DNA of 64,000 nucleotides, taken from Octopus vulgaris. Its lineage: Eukaryota. The stretch lies in contig OX597832.1 of assembly GCA_951406725.2 (NCBI GenBank), forward strand, positions 29,202,001 to 29,266,000, read 5' to 3'. Positions 52,987 through 64,000 of the stretch are shown in pieces (positions within the stretch are counted from its first letter, which is position 1; each line of letters begins with the position of its first letter). Position numbers and translations under genes: made by a program. The notes beneath the pieces were generated by a model. It saw only the letters and a list, made by a program, of their open reading frames with translations. It had not been told where the DNA came from and made no database searches.

Positions 52987-54274
52987 AACAACAAACAAGA
53001 TGAGGACAAACATCAGTCAAATGTAAATTTGAATTGATTTCTCATCTCTCTCACAGACGTCAGACTTGTGTCTCACACAACTTCCATTACAATTTTATTC
53101 TTCATTCATTAATTATTAGTAGGACGAACTTGTTCCTGGTACAGTCAATTTGCTTTAACCCCAGTATGTTACTGGTATTTATCAAACCTTGAGACAAAAA
53201 CTAACGGCAGGAAGTAATTAAAATTTGGATTATGAACAATTTTATGCCATTTTGTGGTAATTAATGTGTTGTGCTTTTGTTATGTCACTTGCAATCTTCA
53301 AGCCATAACTTAACCGAATGTCATTATTTTACAAATCCCATACAATGAGAAGCTTCAACAAGTTCTTCACCTCTCCAGTGAGTGTTAGAAGAAAGTAAAA
53401 ACTGTCTCCGCATAAAGTGTAGGATATTGATGATTAATTAACAATAAAATATTGATTTTGTTTATGATGCACACATAAGATAGTGAGCCTAGAATATTAA
53501 TGAATATTTAATTTAGCAAGCTCTGAGTATTGATAATTTAATTAAGAACTGGTTAGGTTTTTTAATTAATCATTTATTGTGTGGTGAAAGATATTTTTAA
53601 ATTAACATTAGATATTAATTAGATAATAAGATATCATCAGACGGCATGCAATGCTAGGCATCAGATATTAGTGGATGTTTTAATGGAATATTTGCTTATT
53701 GATAGATATTTTAATTACTCATTCGTTATTAATTGCTTGTTTTTAATTAAATGTTAACTTTTCAACACAATATTGCATATTTTATACCTCTGTCAGTCTC
53801 TCGTTTAACAAATAGTTTTTTACTCACCATTCTCCCTTTCTTGGTCGGCTTTCGTCAAGTTTCTCCACAATACCCAGACGGTTCCATTCTGAATAAATCC
53901 ACCCACCCCCCACCACCTTGCACCCCTGCACAGCAGTTATTGTTTCTTCTTAGTTTTTATTGGTACCCTTATGTGGATGTTAACGAGGAGGAGAGACTGA
54001 AAATTTTGATGAGGGAAGAGAATGGCTGGAAGGGACACTCTGAGAGCAATAAAAGGGATATTGTGAAGGTCAGTGGGTTTGAAGGTCCAGTAAAGGTGTG
54101 TGCGTGTGTACATGGTGATGCAAAATTGCTGGCCTTGTGTCAATATTTGAAACCATCATCATCATCATCATTTAAATCGATTACATCGACCCCAGTATGT
54201 AACTGGTACCAATTTTATCGAACCCGAAAGAATGAAAGGCGAAGTTGACCTCAGCGGAATTCGAACTCAAAACC

Positions 54275-54600
54275 TCATCTGCTGTTGGGTTTTGAGTTCA
54301 AATTCCACCAAGGTCGACTTTGCCTTTCATCCTTTCGGGATCAATAAAATTAGTGTCAGTTACGTAGTGGGGGTCTATGTAATCGACTTAATCCCTTCCC
54401 TCAAAGACCTGGAAGAAAGCTTGTGTGCACTAACCCTTCATCTGCTGTTAGGTTTTGAGTTCAAATTCCACCAAGGTCGACTTTGCCTTTCATTTTTTCG
54501 GGGTCAATAAAATTAGTGTCAGTTATGTAGTGGGGGTCTATGTAATTGACTTAATCCCTTCCCTCAAAGACCTGGAAGAAAGCTTGTGCGCACTGACCCT
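54275..54600 (+). repeat. 163-bp direct tandem duplication containing a SINE-A fragment
   Basis: tcatctgctgtt at 54275 and 54438, and a third start tcata at 54601. Confidence 0.88.
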
Positions 54601-55043
54601 TCATACTTTGATGAAGCCATTAGTGTGTGTGAGTCCCACGATTTGTACTCAACATCCACCACTCAAACAAATACCCACCCAGTCACCAATGTTCTTGTAT
54701 TAATATTTTCAGTGTCAGCTGCTCAGATCTCCACCCTGGGGTGAATGAAATAAATATAAATACCTGTAGTTACTCCACTCAGAAACCTCATCACCACTTT
54801 TTTATCTCTTTCCAGCCCCACCCCTATCAACGTCCTTCCACCCTCTCCCCTAAAAGGTGAGCAACCGTGTAGCCCCTACACCAAGAACGTTTTCTGTTCT
54901 GGCCCCTCATCTAGCAAAGAGCTAATGTCCAAAACATTAAAACACATTCTTTTCCTTCTTTCATGTGTTAAACTAAAACAGTATCTTTTCAAACTCGTTC
55001 CTGGTCTGTTGTCTTTTTTCTTTTTGTCCATTACATTTCCAAG

Positions 55044-55077
<34 letters not shown>

Positions 55078-55079
55078 CC

Positions 55080-55225
55080 ACACGTGTCTGTGCATATATG
55101 TGTATATATACATGTATCATATTTGTATGTATGTGTATGTATGTATGTATATATGTGTGTGTGTGTGTGTGTGTATAAGAAAGAGCGAGAGAGAGAACAT
55201 ATTCACACCAGTATGTGTGTGTATA

Positions 55226-55264
<39 letters not shown>

Positions 55265-55559
55265 ATGTGTGTGTGTGTGTATGTATGTGTGTGTGTGTGT
55301 ATGTGTGTGTGTATGTGTGTATGTATGTGTGTGTGTATGTATATATGTGTGTGTGTGTATGTATATATGTGTTTGTGTGTATATGTGTGTGTATGTATGT
55401 GTGTGTGTATGTATGTATGTATATATATATGTGTGTGTGTGTATGTATATATATATGTGTGTGTGTATATATATATATGTGTGTGTGTATATATATATAT
55501 GTGTGTGTGTATATATATGTGTGTGTGTATATATATATGTGTGTGTGTGTGTGTATATA

Positions 55560-55594
<35 letters not shown>

Positions 55595-55659
55595 GTGTGT
55601 GTATATATGTGTGTGTGTGTATATATATGTGTGTGTGTATATATATATGTGTGTGTGTG

Positions 55660-55716
<57 letters not shown>

Positions 55717-55790
55717 GTGTGTGTATGCATATATATATGTGTATGCGTGTGTGTATTTGTCTTTGTATGTATGTGTAAGGATGTATAGTG
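55080..55790. repeat. Compound (TG)n/(TA)n microsatellite, about 700 bp
   Basis: Direct inspection. Other long simple-repeat tracts at 1330-1640, 21930-22145, 28440-28740, 29340-29420 (TAG/TAC), 49850-49980 (CT). Confidence 0.95.
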
Positions 55791-56199
55791 TAGTCAGTCA
55801 GCCCTACTAATATTGCTAATTAGAATATCTACAATCACTCGTTACCAGTTAATTGCTTCATAAATATTTATCAAATGAAATCTCTGTTTTTGTTTATAAT
55901 TAATTATAATGTCGTTTCTATTAATTAGCAAAGCTAACGCTGTTTCATTATTTAGACCTTTATTCGGAAACTTCTTTATCTAGGTATCAATTTCCACTAA
56001 TATCTCCACCCCATTCCAGCTGTGACCACCATGGAGGGTCAGCTTCGGTCATAGTGTATCTAGGCTAGCATTATCCAATTGTCTCCTTCCTTTTGTAACA
56101 TGATAGGGTGTAAATTGACTGATATTTGGCTGCTCTTTTTAGCGGACCAACTAAACCTTATGGAGGCTTCCTTGTTATCTGTCTGTCTGTCTGTCAATC

Positions 56200-56645
56200 A
56201 CTGTTGGCTTTGTCTCATATCCAAGTGTTTTTCTTCTTTGCTGAATGCTTCCTTTATGGTGATACCATTGTGGGAACTGTGGACCAATTCTTCTCAATGG
56301 CATTTACTGCATGGCAACGTTGGTGGAGAGCAAATTTGATTTTGACAAGCCTTCCTCTTCTGTTCTTTGATTTCTTCTTTTTCTCTTCTGGTGGCTTCCA
56401 AGTCTTTCATTCCAATGGTGATGGAGCACCACCATTTGGTACAGTCTCAAGCTGGTGTTTCAAACGATTTAGGTTCAATTCCAGTGTCTTCCAGTGCTGC
56501 CTTGAGTTAGTCCTCGTCTCTTTGAAGAGGGCAACCCTGGGGTTTTTTTTTGGGTTTTTTTCCTGAAGTGAGCTCACTGAATAAGACATGGTGTAGGAAC
56601 CTTGACTCTTCCATTTTTGCTAGATGTCTTGACCATCAAAGACGG
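56200..56645 (-). mobile_element. Degenerate RTE (BovB-like) LINE 3' region
   Basis: Minus strand reads RL*WSRHLAKMEESRFLHHVLFSELTSGKKP / PQGCPLQRDED*LKAALEDTGIEPKSFETPA*DCTKWW…RREKEEIKEQKRKA…PCSKC, with stops and frameshifts. Confidence 0.72.
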
Positions 56646-57674
56646 TCTTTGATATAGATATATTTATTTACCAACCACATGGTTCTGGTTTCAGTCCCAC
56701 TGTGTGGCACCCAGGGCAAGTGTTTTCTACTATAGTCTTGGGCCAACCAAAGCCTTGTAAGTGGATTTAGCAGATGGAAACTGAAAGAAGCCTGTAGTGT
56801 GTGTATGTATATATGTGTGTGTGTGTATGTATATATGTGTGTGTGTGTATGTATATATGTGTGTGTGTGTATGCAGTAATGAGTTTACTTCCAACCACAT
56901 GGTTCTGGGTTCAGTCCCACTGTGTGGCACCTTCAGCTTGTGTTTTCTACTTTGGCCTCTGACTGACCAAAGCCTTGTGAGTGGATTTGGTAGATGGAAA
57001 CTGGAAGAAGCCCATTTGTGTGTGTGTGTGTGTGTGTGTGTTTGTCCCCAATCACCACTTGCCAACTGATATTGGTTTGTTTATGTCCCTGTTACTTATT
57101 GGCTCAGCAAAAGAGATTGTTAGAATAAGTACTTGGGGGCGATTTGCTCAACTAAAACCTTTCAAGGCAGTGCCCCAGCATGGCCACAGTCCAGAGACAA
57201 ACAAGGAAAAGCCAAAGGACATATTCAAGGAGAGATCAGTTTATTCTTTCACTGGGATTCAGGGATCAGAACCATGCTGTGACGACCCCACTTTCAATGT
57301 CTTCCCATTAACCACATCAATCAATCAATCAATCAATCCAGTTTGGTACTGATGCCTTTTATTGATCTTTACTTGTCAAATTGCTATGTTACACTTTGAC
57401 ATCATCGGACGCAACACACTCCTTAACCTTGCCAAATGCAAACACACACACACATACACACTGAGTGCATTTAATGAGGATGATGGCTTTGGTGATACAA
57501 TTAGCAGAGATAATTTGATTAACAGCAAACTTTGTGGTGATAAAATATTTGATAATGCAATTTGTGGGGTTCGTTAAACAATTTGAGCTGCTGCCATATT
57601 CAACAGCAGTTTTGCTTTCTGAATGTGTTTATTGTATATGGAACAGTTTTGGCTGCTATTAATGGACACAGCAT

Positions 57675-58075
57675 TCTATGGTGCTAATATTTTTGATGGC
57701 ATGATTTATAATGCTATTTTTAATGGTACGATTTATAAGGCTTAATATTTTTAATGGTGTTGTTTGTGGTGCTAATATTTTTAATGGTACGATTTATAAG
57801 GCTTAATATTTTTAATGGCGTTGTTTATGGTGCTAATATTTTTAATGGTGTTGTTTATGGTGCTAATATTTTTAATGGTATTGTTTGTGGTGCTAATATT
57901 TTTAATGGTGTTGTTTGTGGTGCTAATATTTTTAATGGTATGATTTATAAGGCTTAATATTTTTAATGGTGTTGTTTATGGTACTAATATTTGTAATGAC
58001 ACAACTTCTGGTGCTAAAGTACATGTTGCTAATATTTTAATGGCATGATTTATTATGCTATTACTTTTAATGGCT
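57675..58075. repeat. Minisatellite of alternating 31-bp and 30-bp units
   Basis: Unit A aatggtacgatttataaggcttaatattttt and unit B aatggtgttgtttgtggtgctaatattttt, arranged about A-B-A-B-B-B-B-A-B with degenerate flanks. Confidence 0.88.
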
Positions 58076-58159
58076 TAGCTAGTGACACAATTTTGGTATA
58101 AATGAATTAAAATATTTTATGCATTTAACAATGGTTTTTCTTTTTCCTGTCTTTTCCAG

Positions 58160-58551
58160 AATTCTTCAAAGCTCTATTGAACAATTCTTACAACGACTTG
58201 CACACAATGTTTGTGAAAACCTACGGTCTCCTTTACCAGCAGAATGCAGTTATCTTCTCCAGGCTGTTTGCTACCCTACACCGTTACTACAGGGGCTACG
58301 ATGTAGACCTAAAGGAAGCCCTTATGTCATTTTTTGTCTCTTTACTGAAGAAGATGTATCAGTTGATCAATTCCCAACAGCAACTTAGCGAACGTTACTT
58401 GGAGTGCGTTGGATCCCAAATGAAAAGTCTTCAGCCCTTTTTGGATATACCTAAAAAATTATCACAGCATGTCAAGCGATCTTTCATAGTTGCCCGGACC
58501 TTTGTACAAGGGCTCAGTATTGGTCGAGATGTCATCATAAATGTCTCTAAG
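58160..58551 (+). CDS. GPC6: Glypican internal coding exon, equivalent to vertebrate GPC4/6 exon 3
   Basis: Acceptor tttttcctgtcttttccAG (AG 58158-59) and donor GTAAGG at 58552. The 392-nt exon is in frame with the phase-1 end of the previous exon (G|AA = E) and encodes EFFKALLNNSYNDLHTMFVKTYGLLYQQNAVIFSRLF...YLECVGSQMKSLQPFLDIPKKLSQHVKRSFIVARTFVQGLSIGRDVIINVSK, a clear GPC1/2/4/6/Dlp-type sequence. Confidence 0.96.
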
Positions 58552-58589
58552 GTAAGGGATACATTTACTATTTCTCTGTTAGCCTTTAA

Positions 58590-58770
58590 CACTTTCGTTA
58601 CTGTATTTATTTTGAGATGCTCTGTGATTCTTTTAATTGATTTGAAATATGACAAAGAATTTAGTAAAATAACTTAGTTATCATTCAGCTTAGTGTTAGG
58701 AACATAAATTGTGACTAAGGTTTGGTGGAAGATTTTAATTCAGAACTTTTGAAAACAAGACATTTGTTCA
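58590..58770 (-). mobile_element. piggyBac-type MITE, truncated copy
   Basis: TTAA at 58586-89, then the same body as 62056 onward; the other end is lost. Confidence 0.75.
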
Positions 58771-58796
58771 GGGATTGAACCCACATATTCTGATCA

Positions 58797-58835
<39 letters not shown>

Positions 58836-59956
58836 TCATTGTCGTTTAACGTCCACTTTCTATGCTGGCATGGGTTGGATGGTTTGACTGAGGGCTGGTG
58901 AGCCAAAAGGCTGCACCAGGCTCCAGTTTGATCTGGTAAAGTTTCTACAGTTGGATGCCCTTCCTAATGCCAACCACTCCAAGAGAGTAGCGGGTGTTTT
59001 TAGGTGCCACTGGCACAAGGGCCAGTCAGGTAGTACTGGCATCACTCACACTCAAATGGTGCTTTTTATGTGCCACCTGCACAGGAGGCAGTCCAGCGGC
59101 ACTGGCAATGACCATGCTCAAATGGTGATTTTACGTGCACACACACACATATCTATACAAGTGTGTGTGTGTGTGTGTGTGTGTATCGTCCTTCATCATT
59201 TAATGTCTGTTGTCTATGCTGGCATGGGTTGGATGTTGTGACCAGAGCTGGCAAGCTGGGGAGCTGCACCAGGTTACAGTGTGTGTGTGTGTGTTTCTAT
59301 TCATTTTTACATCCATTTCTCTATGCTTGCATGGGTTAGATGAATGCATTATCGAAGCTTTGTTTTACTGGTGGATGCCCTCCCTGTCTCTAACCCTTAC
59401 TAATTCTTCAAGAAAAGGATTACTTATTCCATGTTGCTTTAACAGCATGATGAAAGAGGCACACACACACACACACACAACAATGGTCTTCTTTCTGTTT
59501 TTGCCTACCGATGGGGTCCCTAGTAGAAGACACTTGCTCAAGGTGCCATGCAAGGGGACTGAACCCAGAACACCCTGATTGGGAAATGGACTTCTTAATC
59601 ACGCAGCCATGTCTGAACCTGTATTGAGTCTGCCCATATACATTATACTGCCATTGCTTGCAGTGTGTATACATTGTAGGGTGTATACACTTCTAGGGTG
59701 TATACAGCGTTGCTTTTCTCTACTCTAAACATCCTGTTTACTAACAAACACTTTTTACTCATTAACTTTCATAATTAACCCACCATCACATATGACCATA
59801 CCACTGAGACATTCCTCTACTATAAACGCCATCTACCACCACCACCACCCTATTCTGACACCTTCCACCCACTTAACACCCCAACCTAGCTCCAGGACAT
59901 TAGACACCTCTTCAGCTTTGGAAATCATTAACAGTAACGCTAAATTATTCATAAGC

Positions 59957-60022
<66 letters not shown>

Positions 60023-60121
60023 TTGCTTATGTATGTGTGTATGTATGCATCTGAGTATGTGTTTCCATGGAAGTGTTTGTGTGTGTGTTTTAATAATATG
60101 TGTATTTGTCTGTGTGGAGGG

Positions 60122-60177
<56 letters not shown>

Positions 60178-61962
60178 ATGTATGCATGTGTTCTTATCTA
60201 CAACCAAAGCTAACTTGGGATTCCTTGTCTGCAAGCAGGAATGGTGTAATCTTTGTGGCAGCTGATTTTGCCATTCCATAATTATCATTTTCCATGGTTT
60301 TTGTATGGAAATCTAAAGTGGTGTTGACATATATATACATACATACACATTTATATATATATATATACACACACACACATTTACATTTCATATAAATACT
60401 TTGTGTGTGTACAGACATGCAATTATACACAAACAAGTGTGTAAATGTATGTGTGTGTATATATATATATATATATATACACATATATAAAGGAAGAAAA
60501 TGGAGGATGGAAAATTAATAATTGTGTATTATTAACAGCAAATTGGGATGGTGATTAATTTGCTGTTAATAATAAACAATTATTAATTTCCCCATCTCCA
60601 TTTTCTTCTTTTATATGAATATATGTTTTTTTTTTTGTATGTTTACCTATTATTTTAAGGAAATTAATTCCCCCCGAAAAAGACCTAAGGATTGAACCAG
60701 TGTTTCCTAGGATGAAACCATCCCTCCATTAGGTTAACACAACCTCTAATCGAAGTCGGTGAAACGTAAAAGCACCAACCGATCGTGGCCATTTGCCAGC
60801 CTGCTCTGGCTCCTGTGCCGGTGGCACGTAAAAAGCACCCACTACACTCACAGAGTGGTTGGCGTTAGGAAGGGCATCCAGCCATAGAGACTCTACCAGA
60901 TCAGACTGGAGCCTGGTGTAGCCTCCTGGGTTCCCAGACCCTGGTCGAACCGTCCAACCCATGCTAGCATGGAAATCGGACGTTAAATGATGATGATGAT
61001 GATTCAGCAGGTTTTCCTCGACTTCTATCTCTTAAATCCACTTCCTGGAAATGGCTTGACCTATGGCTATAATAAAAGATAAAATTTTCCCAATGAGTGG
61101 AACTGATCCTGAAATTGCATGGCTGGCAAATGAAATTCTTTACCACTAAGCCATACCTGATATGATGTCTGTGTGTGTGTATATAAATGTATCATCATCA
61201 TTTAACATCTGCTTTCCATGCTGGCATGGGTTGGATGGTTTGACTGAAGTTGGTAAGCCAGAGAGCTGCACCAGATTCCAGTCTGATTTGGCTTGGTTTC
61301 TATGGCTGCTTGCCCTTCCTAACGCCATCCACTCCAAGAGTGCAATGAGTGCCTTTTACATGTCAACAGCACTGGCCACAGCTGCAACTTCACTTGGCTT
61401 GAATCACCAAAGGTCTCAATCACTTTGTCCCCGTGAGACCCCACTTTCAAAGATCATGCTGCACCACCTTGTCCGATCTCTTCCTGAGTCTACCTCTTCC
61501 ACAGGCTCCCACCACAGTTAGAAATCAGCATTTCTTTATGCAGCAGCCCTCATCCATACACATCACTAGACCATGTGTGTGTGTGTATATATATATATAT
61601 CATCATCATCATCGTTTAGCGTCCACTTTCCATGCTGGCATGGGTTGGACGGTTCAACTGGGGTCTGTGAAGCCAGGAGAGGCTGCACCAAGGCTCCAGT
61701 CTTATCTGGCAATGTTTCTACGGCTGGATGCCCTTCCTAATGCCAACCACTCCATGAGTGTAGTGGGTGCTTTTTATGTGCCACCAGCACGGAGGCCAGG
61801 CAAGGCTGGCGAACGGCCAAGATCGGATGGTGCTTTTTACGTGCCACCGGCACAGAGGCGAGGCGAGGCTGGCAAACGTATTGTGCTAAATCAAATCCTT
61901 TATTCCATCTATTTTATTAATACTATATATATATATATACACACCATATACACACACACACA

Positions 61963-62546
61963 CATGAGGGTGTGCTGAAAAGTTTCTGGCTTTAAGGGTA
62001 TTGCAAAAGGCCCTGGTTGGAGGCCCAGCCTTCTGAGTTCTTTTACAGGGTTTAACCCTTTCGTTACCGTATTTATTTTGAGATGCTCTGTGTTTCTTTC
62101 AATTACTTTAAATATAACAAAGAATTTAGTAAAATAACTTAGTTATCATTCAGCCAGTGTTAGGAACATAAATTGTGACTAAGGTTTGGTGGAAAATTTT
62201 TATTCAGAATTTATGAAAACAAGAAATTTGTGCTAAAGAGCCAGAGCCAGTTTCAGCCGGGTTGGTAACGAAAGGGTTAAAAGAAACGGAAGGACTTCTG
62301 CAATAAGTGTATGAATCTGAGCGGGGAATCATCATCATCGTTTAACGTCTGTTTTTCTATGCTAGCATGGGTTGGACGGTTTTACTGGGGTCTGGGAAGC
62401 CAGAAAGCTGCACCAGGCTCCAGTCTGATCTGGTAGTGTTTCTACAGCTGGATGCTCTTCCTAACGCCAACCACTCCAGGAATATGTTGAGTAAAATCAT
62501 AATTCAGTGATCCTCCTATATTTTCTTTCACACAAAGCCAGGAACT
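61963..62546 (+). mobile_element. Non-autonomous mariner with nested piggyBac-type MITE and SINE-C
   Basis: Left TIR catgagggtgtgctgaaaagtttctggcttt and partial right TIR aaagccaggaact. Removing the inserts gives FYRV*KKRKDFCNKCMNLSGEYVE*, which resembles a mariner transposase C-terminus. Confidence 0.65.
62056..62276 (-). mobile_element. piggyBac-type MITE (same family, opposite orientation)
   Basis: TTAA at 62052-55 and 62277-80, same TIRs, reverse complement of 37708-37929. Confidence 0.85.
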
Positions 62547-63820
62547 GTGTGTGTGTGTGTGTGTGTGTGTGCATGTTCATGACAAGTGCTCCAGCATGAC
62601 TACAGTTCAGTGACTGGAAGCATGATGAAATGATGTATCACCTCCCTCTCTGCCTGAATATTTTACTTGCTGTGGTGTCTGCCTGAGGATTGCCTTCAAG
62701 GAGAAAACCTTTGAGTAATGAGGTATAAAATATCTCCAACTAAAACACACACACACACACGCATGCACGCACACTTGCAACATTGAATGAAGTCTGAAGG
62801 TTAACGGCATCACCAACCATTCATCCAATTATCTTCTAGCAACCGTTCCTCTGAGGAAAGGGATTCATCTAACAAGCTAAAGATAGCACCAGCCGTGCAC
62901 TCATCGTAGTAAATCTGTTTGTGTAAAGCACATCAGGAGCCATTCCTCTGCCAAAACTGCTATCTTTCCCTTAATCTTTCTTACCTAATTCCAGAAACTT
63001 CTGAAGATTCTTGTTTTGGGTTAAAAAACAAAATAACAAAATTAAAGAACGTAAAAAATTAAAAAAAAAAAAAATAAAGGAAAAATCTTTTTAAACATTC
63101 CGAAAATCCTTACAAGGTTTTTGTTAAATCCCCTGGCTTGTAGGTAAGTGGGGGCAAACACTCTCTAATCTCTCTCTCTCTCTCTCTGATGAAGAACTGA
63201 TAATAATGCCAAACAGCAGCCAGTTCTGTTATCTCAGGGTTGTTTTCACAGAGAGAAAAAAACAACAAAAAAAACAAAAAAAAAACCCAGAATCCAACAA
63301 CGTAAAAGACCTGAGTTCTTCGCTTTCAGGATGAGGTGGAATCAGTGAAGGTTTTGTTGCAGAGATACAACAACAATAACAACAGCAACAATCTCAAAAT
63401 GCAAATCTGGGATATTATTTTTCTTTGCTTGTTATCTAAATAAATACACCGAGGTGGGGTGGGGGAGGGGTGGGGGGAGGGGGTAGAATGAGAATTAGTT
63501 TTATATAAAAGGCAGGGTGGTGGAGGAACAGGGTGTCGGCTGGGATAGAAGAGGAAAGAGTTGCAGGCTGAGTGGGGGGGGGGGGGGCGGTTATGCCCAT
63601 ATGTAAAAAAAGCACAGAGGAAGAATCATTATAATAACACAAACATATATAGGCGTGTACGCACACACACACACACATGCATGGATACAAGTATTAGATC
63701 CTGAGTAATCCCAATCAGGATAATCCAAAAGAACGGTTTTGGCATCCGTGTCAGTTTGATGAAAATACAGGATAAATACAGGTAAAAGACAAATGTCTAA
63801 ATTTCAAAAACAAAGTTGAA

Positions 63821-63852
<32 letters not shown>

Positions 63853-63879
63853 AATGTGTGTGTATAGATATATAAATGC

Positions 63880-63924
<45 letters not shown>

Positions 63925-64000
63925 CATTTAGTTGTTTTGGTGATTTGGCGGTGGCCATGCTGGACCACTGGCTTTAGTCAAACAAATCAAACGCCAGGAC

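Larger units (their letters stand above)
35117..58159 (+). other. Glypican intron (23,043 nt, GT-AG, phase 1)
   Basis: Joining the two exons restores KFD|EFF as in GPC4/6. I saw no intervening glypican-like exon. Confidence 0.85.

Noticed and set aside
54880-54925. Minus-strand CTAGATGA…GAAAACGTT and, similarly, GAAACATGTGTC at about 31845 and GAAACAGCTGTA at about 34600
   Set aside because: Core or stems are broken or missing. They are possibly decayed hammerheads but cannot be supported.
54925-55810. Long ORFs of 175-287 aa (CV/YI/HT repeats), and many similar ORFs such as 1283-1665, 21829-22272, 59792-60288
   Set aside because: They are translations of (TG)n/(TA)n/(CA)n microsatellites, which lack stops in several frames. 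There is no protein signal.
57754-57957. ORF with GVVYGANIFN repeats, and a possible CRISPR-like array
   Set aside because: It reflects the 30-bp unit of the minisatellite; 31-bp units break the frame. There are no unique spacers and the context is eukaryotic.
58552-58677. Extension of ORF 58177-58677 past NVSK
   Set aside because: It reads through the GTAAGG donor into intron and MITE sequence, and glypican similarity stops at the donor.
27003-61005. Inverted SINE-C pairs flanking the two exons as a circRNA signal
   Set aside because: With more than 20 copies in both orientations such pairs are expected by chance, and there is no specific evidence for back-splicing.
63184-63240. CTGATGA followed by a gaactg/cagttc stem
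   Set aside because: No GAAA or NUH after the stem, so it is not a hammerhead.

Overview
Animal genomic DNA: AT-rich, saturated with (TA)n/(CA)n/(CAT)n microsatellites and tRNA-derived SINEs, in a pattern typical of octopus genomes (the organism is an inference). The only host gene I can support is a glypican of the GPC4/GPC6/dally-like subfamily on the + strand. Two internal coding exons are visible (34955-35116 and 58160-58551), separated by a 23,043-nt intron. I did not find exon 1 or the downstream exons, so most of the window is probably intronic. The rest is SINEs (families labelled A-E and G here), LINE relics (CR1, three RTEs, an R4/Dong-type endonuclease), and DNA-transposon MITEs (mariner, piggyBac-type, hAT, Helitron/Helentron-like), plus long palindromes and a 30/31-bp minisatellite. 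Two signals stand out. (1) About ten minimal hammerhead-ribozyme motifs of the Penelope-associated type fall into several families; one element joins a tRNA-Arg-like Pol III promoter to a hammerhead-bearing tail, with an inverted copy of that tail on the other side (52648-53028). (2) A TSD-flanked RTE fragment (43047-43416) encodes a C-terminus that resembles trematode/cestode RTEs as I recall them. Almost all ORFs in the supplied track are microsatellite or repeat artefacts.
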